The notes under the pieces are model-generated. The model was not told the DNA's origin, ran no database searches, and saw nothing but the letters and a program-made list of their open reading frames with translations. Shown here one piece after another: positions 39,040 to 50,895 of a DNA stretch of 64,000 nt. The stretch is from Pocillopora damicornis (Eukaryota). The DNA is taken from NCBI RefSeq assembly GCF_003704095.1, contig NW_020844730.1, forward strand, positions 1 through 64,000. The letters are read 5' to 3'. Numbering within the stretch: position 1 is the first letter of the stretch; each line of letters starts with the position of its first letter. A program made the position numbers and the translations under genes.

Positions 39040-41007
39040 AAACCCTATCGATATGCACTCTTTGTCGACTAGAGGAATGTTTCCAGGCAACAGAGGGCGC
39101 TTTTTGTGCGCCTTTTTCTACAAACAGAATAATGTAAAGGATTCATATATTCATAGATTAAAACATTGTCGACGACCCTATATTGCTTTTTAAGGCAGGG
39201 AAGAATGAAACTAACATGCACTAAAGTTTAAAGAATGCGTTACTCGGATCAGAAAATTTCCAGTCAACTGGCGATTAGAACATGTCCTTGCATAGGTTTG
39301 ACTTTACAAGAAATTTAATCACGTTATCTGTAAGCCAAAGAGAAGGAAGTAATTCTTGAATTGATCAGAAGTCTGGTCCAAGGTCACGAGATGAGTCAAA
39401 ACATGATTTTTAATAAGAAAACAGAACAATTAAAAGTACTGCTTTTCACTCTAAAATAGGCGGGATCATGTTATGACTTAATGTCATATTAGATCTAATT
39501 AAAATCACAATGCAGATGTCCAAACAGCATAAATAATGCATTATGTATTTCTCGCAATTCAAAACAACAACAATAACCACCACAACAAAAATCTATTTAC
39601 CTTCGCAATTAAAATACATATATGACCGCCCTTCCCGAGAAATAGCGAAGTCAATCGAGGCAGGAGGGAAATAAAGATTAAAATAAGTACTTCAATAACA
39701 AGTTTGACTGAGCAAAGGAAATAACTAAGAGAGCATGCATATACACCAACAACGAAAACAATAGGACAAATTTTAGAGAGGCCAAAATTACTGCCAAACC
39801 AAGCATCTAATAGACCTTTTTGTCTGAGTGAATCTCACCATTAGAGCACTTTGAAAAAGTCTTATGGTTTAGTGTTAGGTTTATGACCCTAAATAAAAAC
39901 AAATATGTTTTACTCATAATTAAATTGAATGAAACATTTCAACTAGAAACAACTTTATACATGTTTTGGCCGTTGAAAATCTCAGCTTTAGATGCTCATC
40001 AACAATCGGATTATATGAAATGAAACACGAAATTAATGCGCACATATTTGCCATAACTCGGGGGAATGTACATCAGACAGAAAAATGATTTTTCCATGAC
40101 AACATAGTTCTAGACTTCCACCCAAGATCTCACAAGCTTTACCTGCTTTCTAAACACCTCGTTTCACCCCGACATGAAAATGTTCCTTGAACATTTGTGT
40201 CAAGACACGCAAATTGGGGTGAAAGCCGAAGAAATAGTAGGTTACAAAATTATTCCCTCGTCATGAGCTTAAGGCGTACATTTTTAAAAGTAGTTGTATG
40301 TGTTTTGTTTTAGCTTGTTTGATTGTTTCTTTTTTCTTTTCGCCAAGCTTCTTTGTCGTCCTTACTCTAAACGGGAATAAACACACCAGAAAGGAATAAT
40401 ATCGCAGGATGAGAACTTTTATAGAACACCTGAAATGAATTTAATGCAATTTTTCTTTTGAAGGGTCTAAAATTTGAATGGTAGAGTGGAAAATTTCGTG
40501 AACACAACGCCGAAATGAGACGGCACGAGTATTTAGGCTACATAACCAGATGGGGTAGCCAGCTTTTTACGTAATCAGTACCTCTGACAAACCTATATCA
40601 TACGAGTAAGATATTATGCTTCGATATTAAGCAGTTTGGGCAAACTCTTTGCTTTCCAAGTGAATACCAACCCTTTAACTGACTCAACACCCTAATTCAA
40701 AATCTAAATTCAGAATCTAATTCTTTAAGGCAGGTGTAAATTTATTATGAACATAATGTTTCATTTGGGAGGTTACTGGTTAGGTCAAGATATCACATTT
40801 TGAATATTCAAGGGAGATTATCGAGTATGCATTTTTTTTAAGTTATCATGAATAAATGAGAAGCTTTATTAACTGATCCTGAGCGAACTAGAAGGTGCAT
40901 CTTTTAGATAAAATTATTCCTTAACCACTAAGTTTAAACGTCAGTGACATATATTTCCTCCGAAACTTCAGAGCTTATGCATATCCTCTTTTTCTGTACG
41001 AAAACAG

Positions 41008-41400
41008 TTGCAGCAAACTTAAAGAGGATTTTGTGCTGGACCAGGCTTTTGCTTGCCTAACTTCCAAAACGAATGCTACATATGAGGAATCTTGTAGCCA
41101 GACAACGGTTAGAGCTGTCCATCATTCTGTCCATCATTAAACGGATAAACCAAAGTAAGCCAAAGGAAAAGAAAATACGTCGTAAGAAATGCCTTCACCA
41201 TCAGAACGGATTAAAGTAGATTAGATAAATATAATACACCGTCAAAACCACAGCAACCTTTGACCAGAAGGAGCATCGCCCTGATGTGTCCATTCTTCCC
41301 ATGGTACTAGACTGCTTAAAAAACATTGGATTGGATGAACACCTTTACACGGAATTATTGTGAAAGCTGCTCATAGATCCAGGACCGTGCTACAGGAATC
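41008..41400 (+). pseudogene. Possible decayed exon of a former cluster member
   Basis: After the acceptor TTTTTCTGTACGAAAACAG one frame reads CSKLKEDFVLDQAFACLTSKTNATYEESCSQTTVRAVHHSVHH*TDKPK*AKGKENTS*EMPSPSERIKVD*; cluster-like composition with scattered stops. Confidence 0.25.
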
Positions 41401-42529
41401 TAAGAGCAGGCGAACCTGTTAAAGCTAGTTTGGTTCTTTTAGGTGTGAAATTTTCTTGATAAGCACCCTTGAAGTTTTGACTAACAGGTGTGATACGCCT
41501 GACCTTATTGAGTTGCCCATGACAGAATTCGTTCACCCCATAAAGCAACGCTGATGAAAAGTTTACTGTATTTTCAAACCATAGCGATCTTTAACCGCTT
41601 AATTCCATGTAGATATATGTCCTTTTTTTATCATCATGTGGATCGATTTAGTTTCAGTCCGACCCTTTTGACCAAAAAATTACACTTCATTCGTTAAATT
41701 TGGGGTAATCTCCTATTCCCTGGCAACACATGGGATTATTTTGGATTGCTTATGTAAATATTTAATTGGTAAATAACTATAATTTTATGATCTGGGTTAC
41801 CAAAATATTTTATTCTTACATCAGCAACTGAGCTGTGATTTCTTGTGGCTTGCGGCAATTGTTTTGTACCAATATCATCAACAGTGCTTCAGCTCATGGT
41901 AAGTTGTGTATAACTTTGTATTGTCTACCTACTCCCTCATGGTTTTGGATGATTTGCCATTAGTAAATTGTTTTCCATACGATAATATTTTGAGCCTCTC
42001 TGATAATAATATTTTCAATACCTGCTACGAGAACTTTACGTAGTTTCCTTTATGAATCTTAGGAGACTTATTTTCTTGTAGTGCAAAGAAAGCACTGACG
42101 ATGAATCATGATAATGTATATGAAACCTATTTACTTCAGGTAATGATATATCCTAAACAGACGGGAATACTGGGTATCCAGCAAAGTCTGAGAGACCTGC
42201 CATAATATAGACATCGCGAGGAAAACGATCCTGTTACGGCGAGTTTGGATCGTGTCTTTTTGAAAATAAATTATCCATTTGAAATGTCATAAGGCCTTAA
42301 ATCTTTTACTTCTCAGTCTGAAGATCTCTTTCAAAAGGCTTTGGGGCCATTGGGCTACACTGCAAATAATTCTTCTGGTACTTGTAAATTTCGCACGTTT
42401 AGTTCAACGAGTCAATTGTATTTATCTAAAATATATCATGTAGTAGAAACAGTGTTGAAATCTTTTGCTAAACTGTTTTAGTAAAGACAATTTTCATGAT
42501 TTTCTATAGCAAATGCGAAGAATTGAAGA

Positions 42530-45500
42530 ATGACAAGAAAACGGTCGATGATCTTTTCGCTGCTTTTAGCAGTTCTTTTGTTCACAGGTAAGGAGCTGGT
42601 ACCAGTTGTTTTGACAATAAAATTATCAGTGCGTTACAAAACTAATCAGTAGCCTTATGGCCGGAGTACTGGGGTGTCTTTAGCAAGTTCTTTACTATGC
42701 AACAAATTTTATAAAGAACGGCGGTCCATGTTAAGCAAAGCGATACTCAGTAAAAGGAGAATACAATGTGTTTATAAAACCTCAGTTTACAACTAGAAGA
42801 AATCAGAAATTATACTGTAAAACTGTTAAACGCCTTAATTGAAAGAACTTGAGTAAACTACATTCTTAACTTAAATTAAAAAAAAAAAACAGAACAAAAT
42901 GCACAATTAACAGGTAATATTTTCCATTTAATGTAAGTTCCCTCCCCCTACCGCACCCCTTTCGTTCCTCGTCCATTGAATGTAAGTTTCAGACTCCTCA
43001 CTGAGCGTCTCACCGCTAAGCGGCAAGTGATGCGTGGATTATTTTAGAAATCGATATCATTAAAAGCAGTGATAATGATGACAACGTTTTTAATGATTAG
43101 CCAAGTCAGAAGATATCGTCAAAGTCAGTGAGACCTCAGTTTAGTCACAAACAGTTCTCTAATTTATCTCTACGATCCACTATAAGTTTCTTAAAAACAA
43201 CAATTGGGAAGCGGCGTTCAGATCTTCAGATTTTTATCACATTATTGTTTGCTTTCCCAGACTTATCTTGTGGAAGGCCTTCAAAAGGTATTTGAACTTC
43301 ATCTGTATTCTTAAGTCCTCAGCTATATCCACTATTATCCTCCTCTCCTTCGTTACATTTCAAAGTGACTTTTCGCACAGAAGGAGTATACGAAGTAAAT
43401 CGTAAAGGCCATACTACCACTTAGTGGTCGTGCTGCGCTCAAAGATAGCGTGGAGATAATTACGAGGGTAGTCACTCACAGCGCAGTGAAAACATATTAA
43501 ATGACGTTTCAGTTGTTTGGTATGGAGTAAGAGAGCATAGAATAAACCTTGCTTTCAATGAGGTTCAATTTCTTCAAATTTTCTTCAATGATCATACAAT
43601 TTTCAAGGCAAACATGTTAGTAACTGAATACATTTTGGTAAGCTGCTAATCTCTTTGTTCTTCTGGTTTTTCAATGTCAAATAACAGAAAGTAAGTAATC
43701 ATTGTGACAAGGTTGAGAATAATATAGTAATTTGTCAATGGCGAGCGGAAGGGATCGGACCATGAAAGAGGAGAAAAAATATATCGAATCAACTGCACGG
43801 CAGTCTTATGGTCTCATCATTTGTCTTTACTCTAATTCTTTAGGTTGTATAAATCAAGTTCGCAGTCTAAAATCGCATCAAAAGAGTATTGACTCTCACA
43901 TTCCCCACCCAACTGAGACGGAAGCTGCTCGAAAGAAGTCATCCGTAAATGAGGACTGTGAGGAAGATGAGGAAAGTGGAGCTTCTCCCATAAAAGAAAA
44001 AACTAAAATCAAAAGCCTTCAAACAAGCATTCACAAGAACCTTTTGAAGCTCTTTCATAAGCTTAAAAGCGCTAAGCCTGGCAGTGTGATGCCTGATCGT
44101 AAAGAGTTTACGAATTTTCAGATAAAGCCAAACCCAGATAAGGTGGACGATACAGGGGTGTCGACAGGTGTTCCATTAAGCAAGGTTCGAGACGGAATTA
44201 AGAATGTAAGTCAATTTCAAGATTTCAATACTACCTCGGCTCTTAAAGCAATTGACAAGTTGGTCAGCGGAGTTCTTCCAAACGTAACAGCAGCAGCTGC
44301 AAAGAAATTATCCAGTAACGACACTCAACTTGGGGATTCCGAAGGTGGAAGTGGTTCAGCAATGGATCCAAAAGAAAATGACCAAGGTAAAACAGATCCC
44401 TATGCGGCTATTGCTGCTGGACCAGACCATCCTAAGCTCCCTCCGGATTTAAAGATTGCTCCAGGCGGTGCCGAAGGAGAAGCACCCCCTGTTGTTCCTG
44501 TCGGTTTGTCAGACGATAGTAAAGGTGGCGATGGTAACAAGAGCCCTGATGGTAAGTACCAAATATTATTTCAGCTTAGCCTTTAGAATATCTCATATAC
44601 AGATAGATATAAAAATACATTTTCATCTTCATCATTATCTTCTTTTGTTTGAAAGTTTAAGTTATGGTGCAAAGGACTTAATTCTAAGGCTGGAGGCCAT
44701 TTCCTCTTATTATCTCGTGTTTTGGGAACTGAATATCAGCTGTTGTTTAAGTCTAGAATTTTGACAAAAAAACGAATTTTCCTTAGGAAAAGGGTTCTTT
44801 TCTGTAATTTAATTAAGAGACGTATGTGTGTGTGACATGACAGAAAATTAAATGTCGTTGTAACAAATGAATAACACGGCATCATTTTTCTCAACTTCCG
44901 TAGAGCCCAGCGAAGCCCCAAGTCAAGGAGATGGTAAGTATCTCGCAGTGATGTCAGACCATACTGACGTATAGGACACTACAAATCGGTAAAGGACAAG
45001 TCATTTAAACACCGCAGTATTGATTTGTTTCCCTTCTTTGCAGACAAAGACAATGAGGAGCCTGACAACCCGATGGTGAAACAAATGCAGCAACAAGCTA
45101 TGCAAGTCATACAAGAACAGATGCAGAACCAATTTAAGGCTGCTATGCAGACAGCAAAAGGAATGCCGGGGATGGGAGGAATGGGTGGAATGGGAGGAAT
45201 GGGAGGCATGGGAGGAATGGGAAGCATGGGTGGTATGCAAGGCATGGGAGGAATGAGCGACGGAATGGATAGCATGGGCGGCATGGGTGGTATGGGAGGT
45301 ATGGGAGGCATGGGAGGCATGGGCGGCATGGGTGGCATGGGTGGTATGGATGGTATGGGTGGAGGAATGGGAGGAATGGCTGGCTTTGGTGGACTGGGAG
45401 AAATGGGAATGGCCGGAATGTATGGCAACCGCATGGCAGATATGGGAGATATGGAAAATGCTGGCGATGCATTCCAACGAGACAATCTAAGAGGAAACGA

Positions 45501-46026
45501 TGAATACTTTAATGGAGTAAATGGTTATTATGCGAGAGGATTTGGAGAAGAACTCAGGGAACCTATGGGTCCCATGGGGCCTATGGGACCCATGCCTATG
45601 ATTGATGAACCTGCAGTTGGACGGGACAAAGTACCATTAGGATACGAAGACCGACCCAGGATGCCTTATTTTCGTCCTTTTCGGAGACATCATTACTTCG
45701 ACAACGAGGAAGATTTTGATGATGAGGGATTCGACAATGATGTCGACGAAGATGAACCTTATTTTGTTCCCGCTAGAGAACATGCTGCTCTTGAAGAGCC
45801 AGTGGAAGAAGGTCCTGAGAGTGATATCGACGAAGGGTACGATGCTCCTCATGATAGAAAAGCTAAAATAGCAAAGGTTGAAAAACCTGACAAGAAAGGA
45901 AAACAAAAGCACGACAGTCATAAGCTCAACAAAGGACACAAAGATCAATCAACCCTGGCATCAAAGAAGGACATAACCATGAAACGGGAAAAAACATCAG
46001 GTAAACTGCACGAAAGAAAGCACTGA
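42530..46026 (+). CDS. Cluster gene 6: secreted (GGM)n protein with acidic and basic blocks (~601 aa)
   Basis: Exons 42530-42587 (MTRKRSMIFSLLLAVLLFT), 43261-43287, 43844-44551, 44904-44933 and 45044-46026. All introns are GT-AG and phase 1, giving one continuous frame. Confidence 0.75.
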
Positions 46027-46473
46027 CCGTCTTTTACATCATGCATGAGACCACGTGGCGATCGCAATCTTAATAAGTTTATGAGGACACTGAAGACACT
46101 TTCCTCGTATAAAACGAAACTAACTGTTGATGAGCATGCACATTCCAAAGGAGTTACTACACCCAATGACAGCCGGGCAAGTTCAACTGTTATGGACTTA
46201 TTTGCTCGAATATAAGGTTTACCTCTATCAACATTTCTTTTGATAAATTTTCTTTGTTATCTCACCAATAAATGAACGGAGCTCTGTTTTTAATGAGTTT
46301 GAAGTGTTTCAAACAATCTCACCTTGTGCAGTTAAATATCATCTGAGAAACTCCCTATAATTAAATTCACCCTTTTAGGGAAGGGATTTAGTCCATTCGG
46401 ATTCAATAATTAGTGTGCTCAAACAAAAATCAATGCAAGAAGGGAAATCGAACATCTTTCTGTTGCACACAAA

Positions 46474-47644
46474 ATGTTTTGCACTCTGTTGGCCATACAC
46501 GCGCTTGCCGCTAAGGCAGGTTAAGTGTTTAAGAATTGCCTGAATGAGCACCAAAAAATTGAAAGCTTATAGGAAAACATGTGTCTGACTACCTACTTGC
46601 AATGACTCATTAAGGCGATGATGAAATATGAGAATCCTTATTTTTCTAAGAACTTGCTGATTGATTATAGTGACCTTTAAAAACCGTAATTCAATGAGGT
46701 CATAACTTTGTTTAATAAGGCACGCCTGACAAATTTACTTTCTTTGGTTTCGGCTTAATTTGTCTTTCACTTTTCTGCAAGCGTTATTATCTTGACGGCG
46801 TGAACTTAAATAACTGTGATGCAAAACGAACGGTCATAAACCACTTTAAAGAGTAATTCCGTGTCATTATAATCTCATAGGTGTGAGTACTGGGCCAGCA
46901 ACTCCCGAGATGTTTTACAATTCTGCCATGAAACAAATTCAGGACCAGGCCATGGCGGGTATTGAAAAGCAGATGCAAAACCAATTCAGCGCCGCTTGGA
47001 AAAACGCGCACGGAATGGGAGGAAAGCCAAATATGGGAGGAGGAGGGGGAGGAATGGGTCGCATGGCTGCAATGAACGGAATGGGAGGAATGGGAGGAAT
47101 GGGAGGAATGGGAGGAATGGGTGGAATGGGAAGAATGGGAGGAATGAACAAAATGGCGAGTATGCAAAACATGCAAGGTAGCATGGGACCAATGCAAGGT
47201 ATGCCAGGAGGTATGGGCCCAATGCAGGATATGCCGCAAGGCTTAGGAGGTATGGGACCTTTCAATGACATGCCAGGAGACCTGGGAGGCGCAGGACCCA
47301 TGAACGACATGCCAGGAGGTATGGGCGACATGAACGCAATGGGTAACATGGATGGTGCTGGAGGAATGGCTGGAATGGGAGGAACACCTAGTATGGAAGG
47401 AATGGGTGGTGGAATGATGGGTGGTGGATTGGACAATGGAATGAACGGATTCGGTGGAATGGATGGTATTAATGGCTTCACTGGGATGAATAACCCAGGC
47501 ATCACAACCATGGGGGACGCACCTGGTGGCCTATTTAGAAGAGAGTTTCAACGTAAATTAGCAGAAAAGGACAATCATCACAAGAAAGCTAGAATAAATA
47601 AGTCTAAGAAAAGTGCTAGAAAAGCAAAAGAGAAATCGCATTAA
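46474..47644 (+). CDS. Cluster gene 7: secreted Gly/Met/Pro-rich protein, paralogous to the last exon of gene 6 (~269 aa)
   Basis: Exons 46474-46519 (MFCTLLAIHALAAKA, CAG|GTTAAG, phase 1) and 46881-47644 (CTCATAG|). Contains (GGM)n, GMGPMxDMPG repeats and a Lys-rich tail. Confidence 0.75.
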
Positions 47645-49070
47645 GAAGAGTTATTTCCAATAGTTCTTTTAAGCATGTGTTTAAAATGCCTGTTTTATAC
47701 GGGCGCCCATAGAACAAAAATAATTTAAAGGGTTCAAAATTTGTAAAATGTGTCAAGCATTTTGTTTTTTTAATTCTGCATTCGATGGTGAGAATCTATG
47801 ACAACAGTTGTCGAACAAAACCATTGTCCTCATTATAACAATAGCTATAATTCCAATAAAAATTATAGTTACTCTGAGTTAGACCGGCATTTCAACCCCA
47901 CTTTGACATCGTGATCATATCATTGCGAGCAGCGAGCGATAGTGATAGTTTAATCAAATTAATTACGGCAATAAAGATGATTACTTTTACATAGAAAATG
48001 CCGAAAGTCCTTTCCCTTGTTGTGTTTCGAAGTATAACAAAACACTCGCATCAGTATTCTATTCCTCACAAATCAAAAACTCGGGCATTCCTCTTAAGGC
48101 AGGGTATTAAGAATTTACTATAGAGTTTCAGTTGTTTCAGTAGGAAATCCCAGCCAAAGGTTATATCGATTTTTCTCGTTCTTCTTGCTCCTCCTCCTAA
48201 TATTACAATATATACAAACGAACGGAGGGGGGGTATCATTAATTTCAGTGTATTTCGATTTGGGATAATTCCATATATCAGCATTTCACATATTTGGCGC
48301 AGCGTCGATACCTTGCAGTTCGGGGCTATGAAAATGTTCTATCGAAAATAAAATTGTACTTTTGGATGGAATTAAACTTGTTGCGGTTCGCATTTTCGTT
48401 GCTCCGTATTACCGAGTTTCGTGCAGGTATTTTTTTTACACACTTAATGTCATAAATTAAGTAAATTGAGAAATGTAGCCAGAGATAAAATTTGTGTTAT
48501 GACTACTCGAAAAATCTTCAGGCCCTCATATTGGAAGCCTTTGTCGGCGAAACCCCGTGCTAACCTTTGATTTTTGTTCAGAGCGTCAAGAGCACTCAAC
48601 GCTAAAAAAGCGAAAAAAAACATTTAGTATTCTTCAAAAAACCACCTCAGAAAGAAATAGTTAAGTATATCGTTGTCTTTAAAAACATCCTTAGTTGGAA
48701 AATGATTGGAATAACAGGCACTGACCGTCTGAATAACAATTTTTGTCCAAACTTAAATGGAAAGTAAAAGAGAAAGAAATGTTCGCCTTCGGGTTCTATT
48801 GGTGCGGTCTTGTTTATTAGAAATTAAAAATCCCCCACTAAATTATCCCATTAGAGGTTTATAAAAAACACATAACTGTTATCTTACAATTAGGGAAAAT
48901 GTTTCGTCACACACGGTTTTCGAATTGACCTAATGATAGAGTAGGAAAGTGACAAGAACTTTACCCAAAAGATTTAGGGGCTTTGTAGAACCCTTTGCTG
49001 CTTTAGTGGTTTTCTGTTGTCCACACTGTTATTAACTTCCTGAACTGATTTAATGGCTCCTCTTTCCCGT

Positions 49071-50895
49071 TCATTTGCCCTTGATCTTAATAATAGGAAT
49101 AGGGCCGGCTGCCTTTACCATCCGATTAACAGCTCTGATCAGTTCATCTTTCTGTTCATCCAAAGTCTTTCTATTAGTTTTTCCCATTAATATCCTCGCC
49201 ACGTGCGCTTCATGCTTCTTGTACTCATCTTGTCTTGTGAACATGCCGCAAATAATTTTGTCGTAAACTGACGTGTCCTTGATCCATTTATCACGAAGTT
49301 GAATTTTCCCAGAGCACAATCTGTGCAGTCTAGTAGTTCTCCTTTCCCCTTTCAAAGCCTTCGCTGTGTTTGCTGGAAGAGAGGTCATTTCACTGAGTGA
49401 CATCCTTACAGAAATACTTTGAGAATAAAATAAATATCCACGATAGTGGACAAAAGTTACGGAAACTTACGGTTTCCTCTGGGGTCTCCTAGAAGATATT
49501 TAAGCAAAGCTGCAAGACAATACGAGAATTGGTTGTTACTGTGACAACACTTGATAGTTGGCAACATGCAGCCGTAAATGGACAACATATTCGCTGCATG
49601 GGTAATAGCATTATTTACCCATTAGAGGTCACCTCTGGGGAATCTCCTCCATATAGCTATTGGACTGTCGGCAATCCGTTAAAACAGTACGTACACTCAT
49701 GAACAAGAAATCGATGAACGATAGATGAGCAAACCAAACCTTTAGGTCAAATTGCAACCTTGTAAATGATAACAAGGTTGCTGTAAGTAACTTTTGACCA
49801 ATTGCAACCGTATATCAGAAAAAATCGTAATTTGAGTCAATAAAATCTTTAGTTTTAGCTCCTGAATGTTCAAGATGGAAAAAAGAAATTTTGATGCGTA
49901 AGTGGTAAGGGGCTAGGTAGCTGAAAAACACTTGAATAGCGGCGTCCTTCGTTTAATGTTTTTGACAGTAATTCCAAATTTTACAAATACTTTGAAAGGC
50001 AGAAATAAAAATCGTATGGTTTCTGTTGTAAACTTCTCCTTTCAGAGGTAGTTGCCACTAAGGCTGTCATGCAACACGAATGTAGAGCAACATACCATAT
50101 TCCCAAGGGCTTCGTCTGTCAATTTTCAATTCACGTTTTTGTATCTTTTCTATGGAAGTTGGAGAAAGAATTTAGTGAATTTAAAAAACGGTAAGAGCTT
50201 TCATGCTACGTAAAATAGGACGAGCAATCTGTGTAGTAATTCGTTATCAAAAGCATTCGACTAGCAAAACAAAAGGTTATAAACTCGAAGAAAAAGTAAG
50301 TATTCAAGAAAGCTTAAATGGAATATTGTATCCCACCGGTATTCAGTATAGTGGTATTATACCTAATACTTGTTAAAGAATCCGCTATTGATATGATAAA
50401 ATATTTCATCTAATTCTTTCACTGGGTTAGATTATTAGGCGAAATTGGTAACATCGGTTAAAATCATGCCGTTCCAAGCGAAAAAGGTAAATGATTATCA
50501 TTTTTCTACAATTTCATTTTCTAAACTGTTGAGAAAATTGATTTAAGACTGAAGCAATCAGGTAATACCTAGCTTTGATTCCTTATTTGACGGATATTAA
50601 ACCAAACCGGCCAATTTCTGTAAAAGTAACACTCAAACAGTTTGCTTGAGGACGAGAAAAATTAAGAAAGCTACATAAAAATAAAAGCGATGACATATGA
50701 TGTTGGGGCTTCACATGTTCCACCTGGTTGAGTTTAGTACCAGTAAAGATTAACCATCCGAAAAACACTATTAACATCACGATTGTTGGACAAAGAAGAT
50801 CAGTGGAGCGTTCTTGTAATTAAATTGGAGTTTATCTTACCTGCGGCTGCCAACTCCAGACAAGCAAAAACTGTTATGAAGAACAACCCCTTCAT
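49071..50895 (-). CDS. Cluster gene 8: small secreted basic protein (internal exons uncertain)
   Basis: Signal exon 50895-50841 (MKGLFFITVFACLELAAA, CAG|GTAAG, phase 1) and last exon 49404-49071 (110-aa ORF with 2 Cys). The frame can be joined through micro-exons 50384-50363 and 49488-49471. Confidence 0.6.

Noticed and set aside
45165-45420. GGM repeats as an Hsp60/GroEL or Hsp70 C-terminus, or as collagen
   Set aside because: No chaperone domain upstream and a signal peptide is present; the tract lacks the Pro-rich X/Y positions of collagen.
44979-47511. Minus-strand Pro/Ile/Met-rich and His/Ser-rich ORFs (e.g. 44979-45485, 45001-45477, 46939-47511)
   Set aside because: Antisense shadows of the GGM codon repeats; no splice or signal evidence.
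50569-50617. Candidate internal exon of gene 8
   Set aside because: Plausible splice sites, but it contains a stop in all three frames.
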